From IMG/VR virus record IMGVR_UViG_3300047462_000035: 45,785 nucleotides of DNA; one strand, given 5' to 3'. A program made the position numbers and the translations under genes. This document shows, piece after piece, positions 9,193 to 19,126 of this stretch. Below the pieces are notes generated by a model. It had not been told where the DNA came from, searched no databases, and worked only from the letters and a program-made list of their open reading frames with translations. This DNA comes from a virus. Numbering within the stretch: the first letter of the stretch is position 1; each line of letters opens with the position of its first letter.

Positions 9193-10100
9193 GGCGGGTT
9201 ATCCGTGGCCGCGTCAGTCGATACGCTATTGTCTGTTATTCCGACGCCGCTATAGGCAGGGTTAACGCATGACGCTGTGTAATAAAAATTGTTGTCACGG
9301 TTAGCAAGGTCAAATGCCAGTTTGAATATAACGTAATCGCCGTTCAACGCTGGATTTTGAACGCTAGATAAACGAATGGCACCGCCAAGCTTGACCGAAT
9401 TGACAAACAAAAATTTGACTTCTACGCCTTCTTCCGTCACTTGCGGAATGTCAATCATTCCGGTATTGATATTTATTATTGTAATCGTATTATCGACAGG
9501 TTGATTATAATTTTTTACGACTAGTGAATTATCATCAACATAAGCGTTGACGTTTCCCATGTCGTTTATTGCATCAACCTGTTTTAACTGTGACCCTGAA
9601 AAAGCGTAATTCGCTATGTTTCTGTCAGTCGCAACAAAGTTAAGCTGAAGCCCTAGCGCATTGGCAACGCTGCCAGAAATTTTAGATAGCTTTGCCAAAG
9701 TGCCTAACGAGTTGATGCCCACAAGAGATTTCTTGCTTTGCTTTGTTGCCGACTTAATGGTGATAGCTACGTCAGGCGGACTCTTGACTGTGACGTTTGT
9801 AATGTCGCCAACATAGACCAAAGAAAACCCGGTTGATACTCGCCCGGCATAAACCGAAATAGTTTTTTCAGTCCCAAGGTTTGAATTGTAAGGGCTTGTT
9901 TCTGTCAAAATATAGTTTTTCTCTTGCGTTGACAGATTAAAAATTTCAACTTCGCATTCGTTTTGAATGGGATTTGCATATTTTGTGCCACGTGCTGTTA
10001 TGGCAAACCCTAAGCTTGTTCCTAAGTCTTGATAGGTGAAAGACTCCGTGCCGACAGAAACGACTACTTTTAAGATGCGAGGGTCTAGCACCGTACTCAT
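9189..10100 (-). CDS. Baseplate hub / tail protein (XkdQ or gpD position)
   Basis: 303 aa with 4-nt overlaps to both neighbours. Called from synteny only. Confidence 0.45.
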   Translation of the reverse strand: MSTVLDPRILKVVVSVGTESFTYQDLGTSLGFAITARGTKYANPIQNECEVEIFNLSTQEKNYILTETSPYNSNLGTEKTISVYAGRVSTGFSLVYVGDITNVTVKSPPDVAITIKSATKQSKKSLVGINSLGTLAKLSKISGSVANALGLQLNFVATDRNIANYAFSGSQLKQVDAINDMGNVNAYVDDNSLVVKNYNQPVDNTITIININTGMIDIPQVTEEGVEVKFLFVNSVKLGGAIRLSSVQNPALNGDYVIFKLAFDLANRDNNFYYTASCVNPAYSGVGITDNSVSTDAATDNPP

Positions 10101-10405
10101 AACGCTTGCATTTCAGCACGGCTTAAATAGTACAAATTTTGGGTTGTTCCGAACAGGCTATAATCTATCAAGTCTTCAGTGTCGCAAACGACAATAAAAT
10201 TGCCGTTTTCAGCTTCAAGGTATGGAAACGGTATGACCGGCACGCCGCCAACAATACGCGCGCCAGTAAACAAGACTATTCCGTTTAAGGTCACGTCGCA
10301 CGCAACACAACCGTTACAACTTACTATTCTTATTTCGTAACGATTACTGTCTTGCGTCGTAACGATTGACTGATTAGGAATAGGCAGAAGGCTAAACAAT
10401 ATCAT
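10097..10405 (-). CDS. Small tail/baseplate assembly protein
   Basis: 102 aa, translationally coupled on both sides. Called from synteny only. Confidence 0.4.
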   Translation of the reverse strand: MILFSLLPIPNQSIVTTQDSNRYEIRIVSCNGCVACDVTLNGIVLFTGARIVGGVPVIPFPYLEAENGNFIVVCDTEDLIDYSLFGTTQNLYYLSRAEMQAL

Positions 10406-10998
10406 TGCTTGCCTCCATAGAAAAATTGATAGGCCGCGCTTCCTGTGTTCTGGTTTCCGTTGATGCTTGTCGGTGCGGTTTGCGCTGTGCCTTGTTGCGC
10501 GCCGCGTGCTACCGTCGCGCCATTTTCAGGATTTTGCGGCAACGCTTGGGTTTGAGATTGCACTACGACAACTTCAGTCAACGTAATGACCATACGAATA
10601 GTGTCATACGTGTCAGCGTCTTCTATGTGTGGCAAAGACTTTATGAACATATTGCCATATGTTCTAGTTTTTGTCAGCACGTTTAAAGCCGTTGTGCCGT
10701 TGTAGGCAATCTCTAACGTCGCGTAATCGTCAACAAAAGTTTGACCATTAAACACAACGCTTAATTCAATTTCTATAGGATTGAATATCCTATGGTCTTG
10801 AATAGAAGCACCTGTTTCTAGCGGATGCTTGGGAAATTCTGCATCTTCTTTTACGCTCGCGCGTATCGGCCGCACGTTTGGCACAATCTGATTATAGTTT
10901 TGGTCAAATATGCCCACAACATCAACCGCGCCGATAGACGGGTTAGCAAAGTTGTTTATAAGCGATGCCGCGACGGCATCTGTAAAGGTTTGAGACAC
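10402..10998 (-). CDS. Tail protein immediately downstream of the tape measure gene (XkdP position)
   Basis: 198 aa, with its start overlapping the tape-measure stop. Called from synteny only. Confidence 0.4.
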   Translation of the reverse strand: MSQTFTDAVAASLINNFANPSIGAVDVVGIFDQNYNQIVPNVRPIRASVKEDAEFPKHPLETGASIQDHRIFNPIEIELSVVFNGQTFVDDYATLEIAYNGTTALNVLTKTRTYGNMFIKSLPHIEDADTYDTIRMVITLTEVVVVQSQTQALPQNPENGATVARGAQQGTAQTAPTSINGNQNTGSAAYQFFYGGKQ

Positions 10999-12779
10999 TA
11001 GCTTTGCGTCCCGTCGCTATAGTGGTTTATCGCCGCTTTGATATGTGTGCTCAAAGTGTCGCCAACGGCTTTTGACACGGCTTTAGGGTCAGTCGCCTGT
11101 GTGTTAACCGTAGTGTCCCCAACGGTCACGTTATTGTTGATTGTGCTGGCAACTTGCCCGCCTGTCACGCTACCGCTTGTCTGTGCCGCCAGCGGGGTTT
11201 GTGTTGCAGCTAGGCCGCTCTGCCCGGCCGCAATATTCGCCCGGTCCTGACCCGTCAGGGAAGCGCCAGCCGGGCTTGTTGGCATGACTCCCGAAACTGG
11301 TAGCCGAATGCCGCCCGGCCCTACAGGTGCGTTCCCTGTGCCGTCCCCTGTGACTACGTGTTCGATGGTAGCGCCTATGTTTTTGATGCCTCCCGCCGCT
11401 TGGATGACTTGGGCAATCATCTTGCCTAAGTCTAGCAACATAGTAATCAAACCTTGGAAAATGTCGGTCAGGGCTGTGCCTACACTGACGCCCGCAATTT
11501 GCAATTTAGTAAACCATTTAATTACGTCGCCAATGCCTTCGCCAAACTCAAACAGGTAAGTTATTAGACCTAAGATGCCGTCAACAATTACCTTAAACGC
11601 ACCTTTAGCGGTTGCTTCCAATAACTTAAAAATAGGCGGCAAGCCGTTTGCTATTTGACCTATGACCGGCCATGTTTTTGAAAGCTGACCTATTACCGAA
11701 TTGTTGCCTTCATAAAAGTTCATCAAGTCATCGTATGCAAGAGCGAATGCCGCGCCTAGCGCCGCAATCAAAGCGATAGTTATAACCATTGGCGCAATTA
11801 ACGCCCAAGTTTCCAATGCAGTCGCGACCAAAGCCGGACCATAATAAACCGTAAGCACGCTTGCAAGGCCGATAAAAAAGCCTTCAATAAGTTGTTTGTG
11901 TTCGGTCAAATATGATATAATTGCGTCCATGCCTTCAAGAAAAGCTGTAAAGACAGGCAACACGTAATCGTTAATTTCAACTCTGACGCCGCGCATTGTC
12001 TCGCGCGTATCTTTTAAAGCGTCCTGAAACTTTTCGTTTATTTCAACATCGTCTTGATTGACTACGCCTAACGCTCTAGCCGCCGCGACCATTTCAAGCG
12101 TTGAAACTTTGCCTTGCTCTAGTAAGTTTAACGTGCCTTGGTCAAAGCCTAAACGCTCGCCTATTGCCGTTGCTTGATTAGCAGGAAGCTTATGTAACGC
12201 ATCCGCTAGTTCTGGCAGCAAATCCATAATCGGCTTCATTTTACCGTGGGCGTCTAAGGCTTCAACGCCGATAGAATGAAAAAACTTCAAAAATTCTTTG
12301 CCGCGACCGCCTACTTCAATTCCGGCAATATGTTCATTTAGACTTCTAATGCTTTGCTGAAAACCTTCTGTTGTGCCGCCAGCTTTAACTACCGCCTGTC
12401 CCCAAGCGTCTAAATCAGAAACATTGACATTTAAAGCTTTAGCGGCGTTGCCAAGCTGTTCAACCATTTCGGAAGTTTCTAGCTGACCTTCAAATAGCTT
12501 TTCAACAGCGAGAAAGCCTAAAAAGCCTGTGCCGAGTTCTGCTATCTGCCGAATGGTATCAACAAAAAAGCGACGGCCGACACGCTCTAAATCTTGAAAC
12601 GCAAGCGTGCCTTTTTTGCCGCTTTCTTCTAATTCCTTGCCGACTTTGGCTGAAGCTTCGCCGTCTTTATTGAGTGCAGTTTGAAGCGATGCGCTCGCAC
12701 CTTCAGCCTTTGTCGTAGCCGATTTTACTTCATCGGCATTGCTTTCAAACAGCAGATAGAAGGTATCAAGAATTGACAA
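10998..12779 (-). CDS. Tail tape measure protein
   Basis: 593 aa with a TTG start. It has a helical Ala/Leu/Glu-rich N-half, hydrophobic central segments and a Gly/Thr-rich C-terminus, and it lies directly after the chaperone gene. Confidence 0.8.
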   Translation of the reverse strand: MSILDTFYLLFESNADEVKSATTKAEGASASLQTALNKDGEASAKVGKELEESGKKGTLAFQDLERVGRRFFVDTIRQIAELGTGFLGFLAVEKLFEGQLETSEMVEQLGNAAKALNVNVSDLDAWGQAVVKAGGTTEGFQQSIRSLNEHIAGIEVGGRGKEFLKFFHSIGVEALDAHGKMKPIMDLLPELADALHKLPANQATAIGERLGFDQGTLNLLEQGKVSTLEMVAAARALGVVNQDDVEINEKFQDALKDTRETMRGVRVEINDYVLPVFTAFLEGMDAIISYLTEHKQLIEGFFIGLASVLTVYYGPALVATALETWALIAPMVITIALIAALGAAFALAYDDLMNFYEGNNSVIGQLSKTWPVIGQIANGLPPIFKLLEATAKGAFKVIVDGILGLITYLFEFGEGIGDVIKWFTKLQIAGVSVGTALTDIFQGLITMLLDLGKMIAQVIQAAGGIKNIGATIEHVVTGDGTGNAPVGPGGIRLPVSGVMPTSPAGASLTGQDRANIAAGQSGLAATQTPLAAQTSGSVTGGQVASTINNNVTVGDTTVNTQATDPKAVSKAVGDTLSTHIKAAINHYSDGTQS

Positions 12780-12781
12780 AG

Positions 12782-13344
12782 CTACTTGTTACCTTTCTTA
12801 CTCTTAGCGTGTTCTATCGCAAGATATTCGTTGTATCTGCCTACAGCGACAACCTCGAAAATGTCTAACGCTTCTTCAAGCGTGTAGTCATCGCGCAACT
12901 CTTTTAGCGTCGCTTTTCCGCTACCGATAATTGCTCCAACAAAGTCTTCAACGTTGGCGAAGCCGACACTAGGAACTTCTGAAGTGTAGCCTTTAAGAAA
13001 GTTGAGACTTCGCCGCGTTGAAAAAAACTTGTGTTATACCTTAGCATTTCGACTTCGATGCGCGCCAATGCTTCCCAATCTGGCACATGATTATCAACTA
13101 AAGCTTTCGTCGTCAGGCGTAGCATCGCGCCGCTTGTGGGCATGACCGCAACGTGCGACATAAGCTTAAGCATCGTTTCTTCATTGACCGCGTAGTCGCC
13201 AAGCTTGGGCGCTGCCGATAAAGGATATTTTGCGATAATCTCCCGGCCCGCAATCGCTGGAAACCGTGAGATTGTGTAAGTGCGTTCCGTGCCGTCAAGG
13301 CATTTGATTTGCACCTCTTTGGGATAAAGCAAATCAGGCATCAA
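12782..13344 (-). CDS. Candidate -1 frameshift product of the tail chaperone (gpGT/E'-like)
   Basis: The -1 frame stays open from the GGAAAAG site (12913..12919) through the zero-frame stop. It reads [43 protein letters not shown] and ends at TAG 12782..12784, 2 nt before the tape-measure start. Confidence 0.45.
12904..13344 (-). CDS. Tail assembly chaperone (gpG/E-like, zero-frame product)
   Basis: 146 aa between the tube and tape-measure genes. The probable start is the ATG at 13341; the TTG at 13344 is in the ORF track. Confidence 0.65.
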   Translation of the reverse strand: MMPDLLYPKEVQIKCLDGTERTYTISRFPAIAGREIIAKYPLSAAPKLGDYAVNEETMLKLMSHVAVMPTSGAMLRLTTKALVDNHVPDWEALARIEVEMLRYNTSFFQRGEVSTFLKATLQKFLVSASPTLKTLLEQLSVAEKRR

Positions 13345-13435
13345 AATTAATCTTTCCGTGTTTGCGCTCTACAGCAAAAACCATTTCTTCCGCCATATTT
13401 ACGGCAACATCTGTTTGATTGCCAACCGGCGGTTT

Positions 13436-13477
13436 AAACAAAAAAGCTACTCGAAACACCATAGCAATTCCGAGTAG
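13436..13477 (-). terminator. Possible attenuating terminator after the tube gene
   Basis: 8-bp stem GCTACTCG/CGAGTAGC followed by TTTTTGTTT on the minus strand. The 17-nt loop is unusually large. Confidence 0.3.
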
Positions 13478-13502
13478 CAAAATCTTAATTTCGTTTTTCA
13501 TA

Positions 13503-13970
13503 TTAAACGACCGGCAATGTCGGTTGCGTGACCGTTATGTTTTGAAACACAAACGAATATGTTTTCGTTTTCTGCCTGCCGTTGCTCGCGACGCTTGACC
13601 CTGGCATTCCGTCAGTGATTTTACCATTCGACAAGCTGACAGTGTTTCCTTGCGGATAAACGCCAGTGAAGTTGATAAGGTCATAGGCCGATGTTTTGCC
13701 CTGACCGACTCTGTTTGCCTCGAAAAGAACCGCAAGATTTTGGTCATCATCAGAACCGTTGATGACTGCAATTTTGATCACGATTGGCATGGCGCGCGAC
13801 CATGAAACCAAATCGCCATTCAATCCCATTTCAAAATCAGCTATCTTGACTTCTGGAATGTCCAGCGGGTCAACGTCGCCAGCAAACTGCGTAACAGGAA
13901 TGCCGTTTGGATATGTTGAACTCGCAACTATATTCAGTGCGAGGCCAAAACCAGAAACGTCTTGTGTCAT
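13503..13970 (-). CDS. Tail tube protein
   Basis: 155 aa directly downstream of the sheath gene, in the sheath-tube-chaperone order of contractile tails. Confidence 0.7.
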   Translation of the reverse strand: MTQDVSGFGLALNIVASSTYPNGIPVTQFAGDVDPLDIPEVKIADFEMGLNGDLVSWSRAMPIVIKIAVINGSDDDQNLAVLFEANRVGQGKTSAYDLINFTGVYPQGNTVSLSNGKITDGMPGSSVASNGRQKTKTYSFVFQNITVTQPTLPVV

Positions 13971-14019
13971 GTCGAAAACTCCTAATCAAATCTGCCTACA
14001 CGTACAAAGCCGTTTTTAG

Positions 14020-15531
14020 TTAGATCAAAACGTGTGACCCTAAAACTTTGTTGATGACGTTTTCTTTGGCGTAAATCAGGATATAGTTAGCCTGATAAAC
14101 CGTTTTGCCAGCATTGTTGACAACGCTTGAAAACGTCACGTCATACCAGTAACCAATCGTAGCAACTTGCTGCGCCGCCTTAGCGTTAGCCAAATTGACA
14201 ATGTAAGCGATTTGTGTTGTAGTCAATTCTTCGCTCACGCTGATAACCCCGTTGAACACGCCTTGCGCTACGGCTTGCTGAAGAATGTTCATGCAAGTAG
14301 CCTTGCCAGAAGCATTTGCCGCAATTTGATTTAGGGCAAGCAAAGCCGACATAAACAAATTGCCGATTGTGCCTTTCAACCATATTTCGTTGTAGTAGTC
14401 GGTCAAAACCGTGACGGCGTTTCCAGTTCCCATCATAACGCCAGTCTGCCAGAAATTAATCTCTTGACCGTTGATTTGCGTTTGACCGTAATAGTTGATA
14501 GATAGACCGTCATACGTGTTAGCGTCCGTGTCATCGGTCACGCTTGGCGTTAAACTGCTATCAACCTGAAAGCTATAATTTGACGAAGCGTTGCGGTTTG
14601 CATAGTTCGTCGCCGCCGCGACTTTAGCAGGCGTGCTTTCGGGAAACTGCGTGCTCAAAGGTGCGAGCGCCAGAGTCGTGCCTTCGTAACCAGCTAGTGC
14701 CGCACTCCAAGCCGCCGCATTGGCAGCGGTCACTTGCACGAGAAACACGAAGTCAACCGAAGGGTTATTGTTCATGTTCCATGCGGCAGCGGCTTCAACT
14801 TGCTGCAACGTCAGATTTGCGGCATTGGTAAACACGAATGAAGCAAAATTCGTTGAAGCATTCACAGAGTTTTGCAACGTAGTCGGAATGGTTTCGACAT
14901 TATTGCCCGGCGAAATAATGACGTTAGGCGACAAAAATCCGAGTGCAAGCGACACGGTTTCCGCGCTATCGCTCGCAAAAGAAATTGTGCCGCCAGCCGT
15001 GCCTACAGTTCCGCCTGTAATTTCAAAATTGCCCGGAATAGCATTGTAAGCGACGGTTGCACCGACAAAACCAGCCGCAACAAGCTTTGCCTGAAGCGAT
15101 GCAGCGACGGCCGCAAGGCTAAGGTCAGTTGAGAAATTGATGCCGGTTACAACTTCGGTCACACCGTTTATCGTGATGGTCATTTCGCCAGCGGTAATCG
15201 CCTGCAACTGTGCAAGCGTATCTGTTTCGGTTGCGTCGCCGATTGCATAAGGTGCGACGTCTACATTGGTCCAACGCGCAAAGCTTATCTTATCAGGGCT
15301 TGTGATTTGTTTCGACACGAAACCAAAATAAGGTGCAGCGCGCAAATATTCTTCCGAAGTTGAACCGAAATAGCTTTCGACTTCGGCCGCCGTTTCAAAT
15401 TCGACAAACGATAAAGCCGGAACAAGAGGATTTGTCGTAAACACGCGCAAGATAAGGTCACGCGCTTTGACTGCACCGGCACCGCCAACGCCTGACGTTA
15501 TATCAATATAACGTGTGAAAGAAATTGCCAC
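14020..15531 (-). CDS. Contractile tail sheath protein (DUF3383-type)
   Basis: 503 aa. The N-terminus 'RYIDITSGVGGAGAVKARDLILRVFT' and the size resemble DUF3383-family sheaths. Its position is between the connector genes and the tube. Confidence 0.75.
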   Translation of the reverse strand: MAISFTRYIDITSGVGGAGAVKARDLILRVFTTNPLVPALSFVEFETAAEVESYFGSTSEEYLRAAPYFGFVSKQITSPDKISFARWTNVDVAPYAIGDATETDTLAQLQAITAGEMTITINGVTEVVTGINFSTDLSLAAVAASLQAKLVAAGFVGATVAYNAIPGNFEITGGTVGTAGGTISFASDSAETVSLALGFLSPNVIISPGNNVETIPTTLQNSVNASTNFASFVFTNAANLTLQQVEAAAAWNMNNNPSVDFVFLVQVTAANAAAWSAALAGYEGTTLALAPLSTQFPESTPAKVAAATNYANRNASSNYSFQVDSSLTPSVTDDTDANTYDGLSINYYGQTQINGQEINFWQTGVMMGTGNAVTVLTDYYNEIWLKGTIGNLFMSALLALNQIAANASGKATCMNILQQAVAQGVFNGVISVSEELTTTQIAYIVNLANAKAAQQVATIGYWYDVTFSSVVNNAGKTVYQANYILIYAKENVINKVLGSHVLI

Positions 15532-15548
15532 AGCGCAAACTCCTAAAG

Positions 15549-16118
15549 TTAAACAGGGTAAAGCCCTGCGTTGTTAATCGGTGCAAGTGTTGTCGTGCTA
15601 GGCGTTGACGTTGTAATAACGTCAGTGTGGGCAAATTCTAAATCAAAAGACGGGTCGGCTTCCATCCTTCTCTTATCATCAGTCCAATAGACTTGCCTAC
15701 CTGTTTTTACGCGAAGCACTTGAACGTTTTCGGCGGCTAGAGCAAGCCGCGTAACGTCGCTTTGCAATATTGATTTTGCATAATTCAAATAGTCCTTCGC
15801 CGTAAGCTGGTTAGGATTTGCAGGGTCTTGAATTAGCGTACAGTTAAATTGAAACGTTGTTATTACTGGTTGTTCTTCAGTATGCACCATGACTTCATTG
15901 ACCGCGTCATAGCTATCGGTACGTTTCAAAAAACCAAAAAATTCATCACTTACCGCCGTCCAATAAATTGTTGGAGGTGTTGGCAAACCTTGCGAAGTCG
16001 GTTGATGACGTATTTTAGTGTTAGGCAACACAGTCAAAGGCGTAACGACTTCAGACAATGACGCAAACCCGGTATCAAGCGCGGCTTTTATAATTGTTCC
16101 TAAAGCGTTTTCATTCAT
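15549..16118 (-). CDS. Tail completion / sheath-terminator-type protein
   Basis: The ORF track starts at 16166. I prefer the ATG at 16118 ('MNENALG'), which forms an ATGA overlap with the upstream stop. Function is from synteny. Confidence 0.45.
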   Translation of the reverse strand: MNENALGTIIKAALDTGFASLSEVVTPLTVLPNTKIRHQPTSQGLPTPPTIYWTAVSDEFFGFLKRTDSYDAVNEVMVHTEEQPVITTFQFNCTLIQDPANPNQLTAKDYLNYAKSILQSDVTRLALAAENVQVLRVKTGRQVYWTDDKRRMEADPSFDLEFAHTDVITTSTPSTTTLAPINNAGLYPV

Positions 16119-16480
16119 GCGACTTGAACCGCCATTACGCCAACAAAACCTTGCGGCTTTTTCCATGCCGTGTTAGCGACAACTTCAAACGTTTGACCGC
16201 TATAACAAATACGGTCCGCTTCGCCGTCACGCTTCAAATCATTAATTGGTGCCTCTGTGTAAAACATCATATAGTTTTTTTCAAAGTCTAAACCGTTATA
16301 CTGAACTTGAGCACGGCTTACCGCTTGCGGTTGCGCTGTTATAAAAACCGGGTCAGCATAAACCGCAACATCAAACCCGGCCGAGTTTGTGGTTTTATTC
16401 AAAAACTTGAACCATTGCGGCTTTTCCGCGCCAACGGTTGCCATTGCTCGCTTTAAAATATGACCGCCCAAAATCTTCAT
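16115..16480 (-). CDS. Head-tail joining / tail completion protein
   Basis: 121 aa, coupled to its neighbours. Called from synteny. Confidence 0.45.
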   Translation of the reverse strand: MKILGGHILKRAMATVGAEKPQWFKFLNKTTNSAGFDVAVYADPVFITAQPQAVSRAQVQYNGLDFEKNYMMFYTEAPINDLKRDGEADRICYSGQTFEVVANTAWKKPQGFVGVMAVQVA

Positions 16481-17019
16481 TCTGGCGTGCCTTTCGGAAC
16501 AACCATAGACACAACTGAAGCAAGTAATAAACCGCCAGCACCGCCGCCAGCCGCCTTACTCATCACAGGTTCAACCAATGGCTTTTTGCCTGTTTCTGTC
16601 AATTCGTCTAAAGCAATGCCAAGCCTTGACGCGCGATTTTGAAGCGTGCTTTTCTTTAGCGGTTCTATGCCGTCGCGTGTTATCGTTTTTCTTACGTCGC
16701 CTTCCGATTTGCCGCCGATTGCAATAAGAGCGTCTTTTGCTGACATACCATTCACAACAGCTTTAACAAGCTGATTTGCAAGCGTGCGATATTCGCCTTC
16801 ATTTTTTTTCAACATATCCCGCAACCCAAGCCGGGGCGGAATGTTTTTCGGTGCGTAGCCAAATTCCTGAATAGCCGCAATATAAGCGACCGCCACGCCG
16901 TTCCGGTACTTAGCCGAGGAAAACCACCCGACTCTTGCCTGAAACTCGCCCAGCGTCGCCAAAGCCGCTAGAATGCGATGCCCTGGCCCTGGCACGCGAA
17001 CAACCTTTACCAGCGACAA
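16477..17019 (-). CDS. Head-tail joining protein (HK97 gp10-like position)
   Basis: 180 aa in the connector block. Called from synteny. Confidence 0.45.
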   Translation of the reverse strand: MSLVKVVRVPGPGHRILAALATLGEFQARVGWFSSAKYRNGVAVAYIAAIQEFGYAPKNIPPRLGLRDMLKKNEGEYRTLANQLVKAVVNGMSAKDALIAIGGKSEGDVRKTITRDGIEPLKKSTLQNRASRLGIALDELTETGKKPLVEPVMSKAAGGGAGGLLLASVVSMVVPKGTPE

Positions 17020-17480
17020 CCCGGCCCAAAGCCGCCCCCCACACGCCTGAAGCCTAGCCTTTCAGGGTTTCCAGCCGCGTAGAAGCCGCCAACTGCCTTT
17101 TGCGCCAGCAATGCCCACAATGCTGCCCCTGGCCCGGTCAGGTTTAGCCATGTTCCAAATTGCGACCTATGGGGCGGCGGGGTTAGGCTAACCCGCACCT
17201 TGTCAACCTGTGCGTCTTGCGTCAGCCCTACAGGTGCGCCGTCGTTCTCGTTAAGCATGTTATTCAAAATGAGCAAATGCGCCGTCATTTGATATAGCGC
17301 AAGCTGGCGCGAAGCGTTATTCAAAACGCCAACGTTTAAATCAGATATATAATTTGTTGCGTTACCGAAAAACATTTCGATAACTCCGTCAGGATAAGTC
17401 AATTCATTTTTGAACATAGAAAAAGCCGCCCGAAAGTCAGACAATGTTAGCGTCAAGACTGTAGGCAGATTTCCAGACAT
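17007..17480 (-). CDS. Head-tail connector protein (DUF4054-like)
   Basis: 157 aa. The 'LSDFRAAF..F......GVIEMFFGNATNYI....SRQLALYQMTAHLL' pattern resembles DUF4054 connectors. Confidence 0.5.
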   Translation of the reverse strand: MSGNLPTVLTLTLSDFRAAFSMFKNELTYPDGVIEMFFGNATNYISDLNVGVLNNASRQLALYQMTAHLLILNNMLNENDGAPVGLTQDAQVDKVRVSLTPPPHRSQFGTWLNLTGPGAALWALLAQKAVGGFYAAGNPERLGFRRVGGGFGPGCRW

Positions 17481-17483
17481 GAA

Positions 17484-17900
17484 CTAACGCTTCTTTGCTT
17501 TTGTTTTTGACGCGGCCGTTGCGGCTTCAGCTTGCGGTGCGTTCTCGCCAAATGGACTATTCGGCCCAAAATCCCCCGGAACTAGCGGCGCGCTACCGTC
17601 CCGGTTGTTCATATCAGCCGCCGCGACTTCTGCATTGTCTCGCGTGTCTTTTGACACTTTAACAAAGCCGCGTTCTATGTGACGTTGAAAGGCCGGAACA
17701 GTCAAAAGAAAGTCAAGGTCATCTTGGGTAACTTCGGTGCCAACACCTACAGGTGTATAGAGCGTGCGTTTCGCTGCAACGTTTGAACCGCCCGCAATCG
17801 TCACAGATTTTTTAATGCGGTTCAACCCCTTATATTCGGGGTTTTCGTGATACAAGGCATAAGTCGTCGCATTCGTTGCAGTCGAATAAACAAAAGGCAT
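17484..17900 (-). CDS. Hypothetical virion-module protein with a basic C-terminal tail
   Basis: 138-aa ORF, the first gene after the capsid terminator. Confidence 0.45.
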   Translation of the reverse strand: MPFVYSTATNATTYALYHENPEYKGLNRIKKSVTIAGGSNVAAKRTLYTPVGVGTEVTQDDLDFLLTVPAFQRHIERGFVKVSKDTRDNAEVAAADMNNRDGSAPLVPGDFGPNSPFGENAPQAEAATAASKTKAKKR

Positions 17901-17916
17901 TTTAAAATCCCTGTGA

Positions 17917-17950
17917 ACAAAAACTAACAGCGAGGTTTTGCCTCGCTGTT
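17917..17950 (-). terminator. Rho-independent terminator just after the major capsid gene
   Basis: On the minus strand: stem AACAGCGAGG, loop CAAAA, stem CCTCGCTGTT, then AGTTTTTGTT. Confidence 0.7.
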
Positions 17951-17961
17951 TTCGCCGTCAG

Positions 17962-19077
17962 TTAAATGCCGTAGTAACGAACAACAGCATAAGGCCGCTT
18001 CAGCAAAGCGCCCGCCGTCGCATTACTGAAGTCTTCAACGTATTTCTTGGCACGCTGTTCGATGCCAAGCATTTTGAACTTGGACGGAACGACTTGCATC
18101 CAAGTCTTATCGTCATCGCTCGAACCATCCGGCACGCTTTCGGCGTACAAGTAAAACACGTTGTCGCCAAGTTCCGCGCCGTCAAGTTCCGGTGCAGAGA
18201 CAACCCGCGTGTTTGGATAAGTTTTGTCAAGCCATTCTTGGACGCTGTTGCCGTATTGCGAAACGACCGAAAGATAGTCAACCGACGCCGTCGCAACCGC
18301 CAGCGTGATTTGCAACGTCTTCGGGTCAATGTTGTCGCCAGACTGTACGCGAAGCTTCGCAAAAGCCGTGCGAATATCCGCCACAATTTCAAGATAGCTT
18401 TTTTGCGACCATGACGTCGGTGCGCCAGTTTCCGCGCCCGGCGCGACTTCGACATATGGGCCAAGGTTCGGCTCGTTCAAAAAGCCAAACGTGTAGTTGC
18501 TGCCGTTATTGAAGCCGAAAAAACCGATTGCATTGCGCTGTATTTCAAGCTGGTTTGTCGCGGCTTGCCGCTTGGTATCAGCACTGTCTATCTTGACACG
18601 CGACGCACGCGCGCTTTCCAGCAAGCCGACTTGCAACCCTTCTTCAAACCGCACAACGGTACGGGTTTCATAGTTGCTGTTCCAAGATGAAAACGGCACG
18701 TCAGTATAGTCGCCATACGGAACAGCCTTGCCGGTATGTTCCAAATAGCCTTGCACGATTTCTTCATCTTCCCAAGCGCCCGCTGTTGTGATGCCTAGCA
18801 GTTGATCAACCTTACGCGCCTGCGTGATGACAGTCACAAAGCCCGGCAACCAGTTTTGTAGAAATTGCACAGGCGCAATGATTGACGCCGTTGTCACAAG
18901 CCCTTCGATTGCGTCCATACCAGTTTCTTGAAATGCTGCCATCGCGCCATATTGACGGTCAGAAATGTTGATGCCGAGACGAGACAAGGCATCGTATTCG
19001 CTCGCATCAAAATTCACCAGCGGGCGGACGTTTCGGCCGCTAATATGGGAAATAACCGGCGTTGCATTTTTGGGCAT
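17962..19077 (-). CDS. Major capsid protein (DUF2184-type, HK97 fold likely)
   Basis: 371 aa, placed after the scaffold and the small structural gene and followed by a terminator. The N-terminal region 'GMDAIEGLVTTASIIAPVQFLQNWLPG' resembles DUF2184 capsid proteins. Confidence 0.75.
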   Translation of the reverse strand: MPKNATPVISHISGRNVRPLVNFDASEYDALSRLGINISDRQYGAMAAFQETGMDAIEGLVTTASIIAPVQFLQNWLPGFVTVITQARKVDQLLGITTAGAWEDEEIVQGYLEHTGKAVPYGDYTDVPFSSWNSNYETRTVVRFEEGLQVGLLESARASRVKIDSADTKRQAATNQLEIQRNAIGFFGFNNGSNYTFGFLNEPNLGPYVEVAPGAETGAPTSWSQKSYLEIVADIRTAFAKLRVQSGDNIDPKTLQITLAVATASVDYLSVVSQYGNSVQEWLDKTYPNTRVVSAPELDGAELGDNVFYLYAESVPDGSSDDDKTWMQVVPSKFKMLGIEQRAKKYVEDFSNATAGALLKRPYAVVRYYGI

Positions 19078-19126
19078 AATAAAACTTCCTTATTAGCGGT
19101 TGAAACTCACTGTTGACAAAAACCGA

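Noticed and set aside
13345-13502. Possible small ORF in the tube-chaperone gap
   Set aside because: On careful re-translation it is only 33 codons (MKNEIKILLLGIAMVFRVAFCLNRRLAIKQMLP), with no coupling at its 3' end. It overlaps a probable terminator hairpin. The evidence is too weak.
17938-18464. Long ORFs 17938..18414 (+) and 18000..18464 (-, alternative frame) inside the capsid gene
   Set aside because: The Arg-rich translations are typical of off-frame or antisense readings of a highly expressed gene. The 371-aa capsid frame explains the region.
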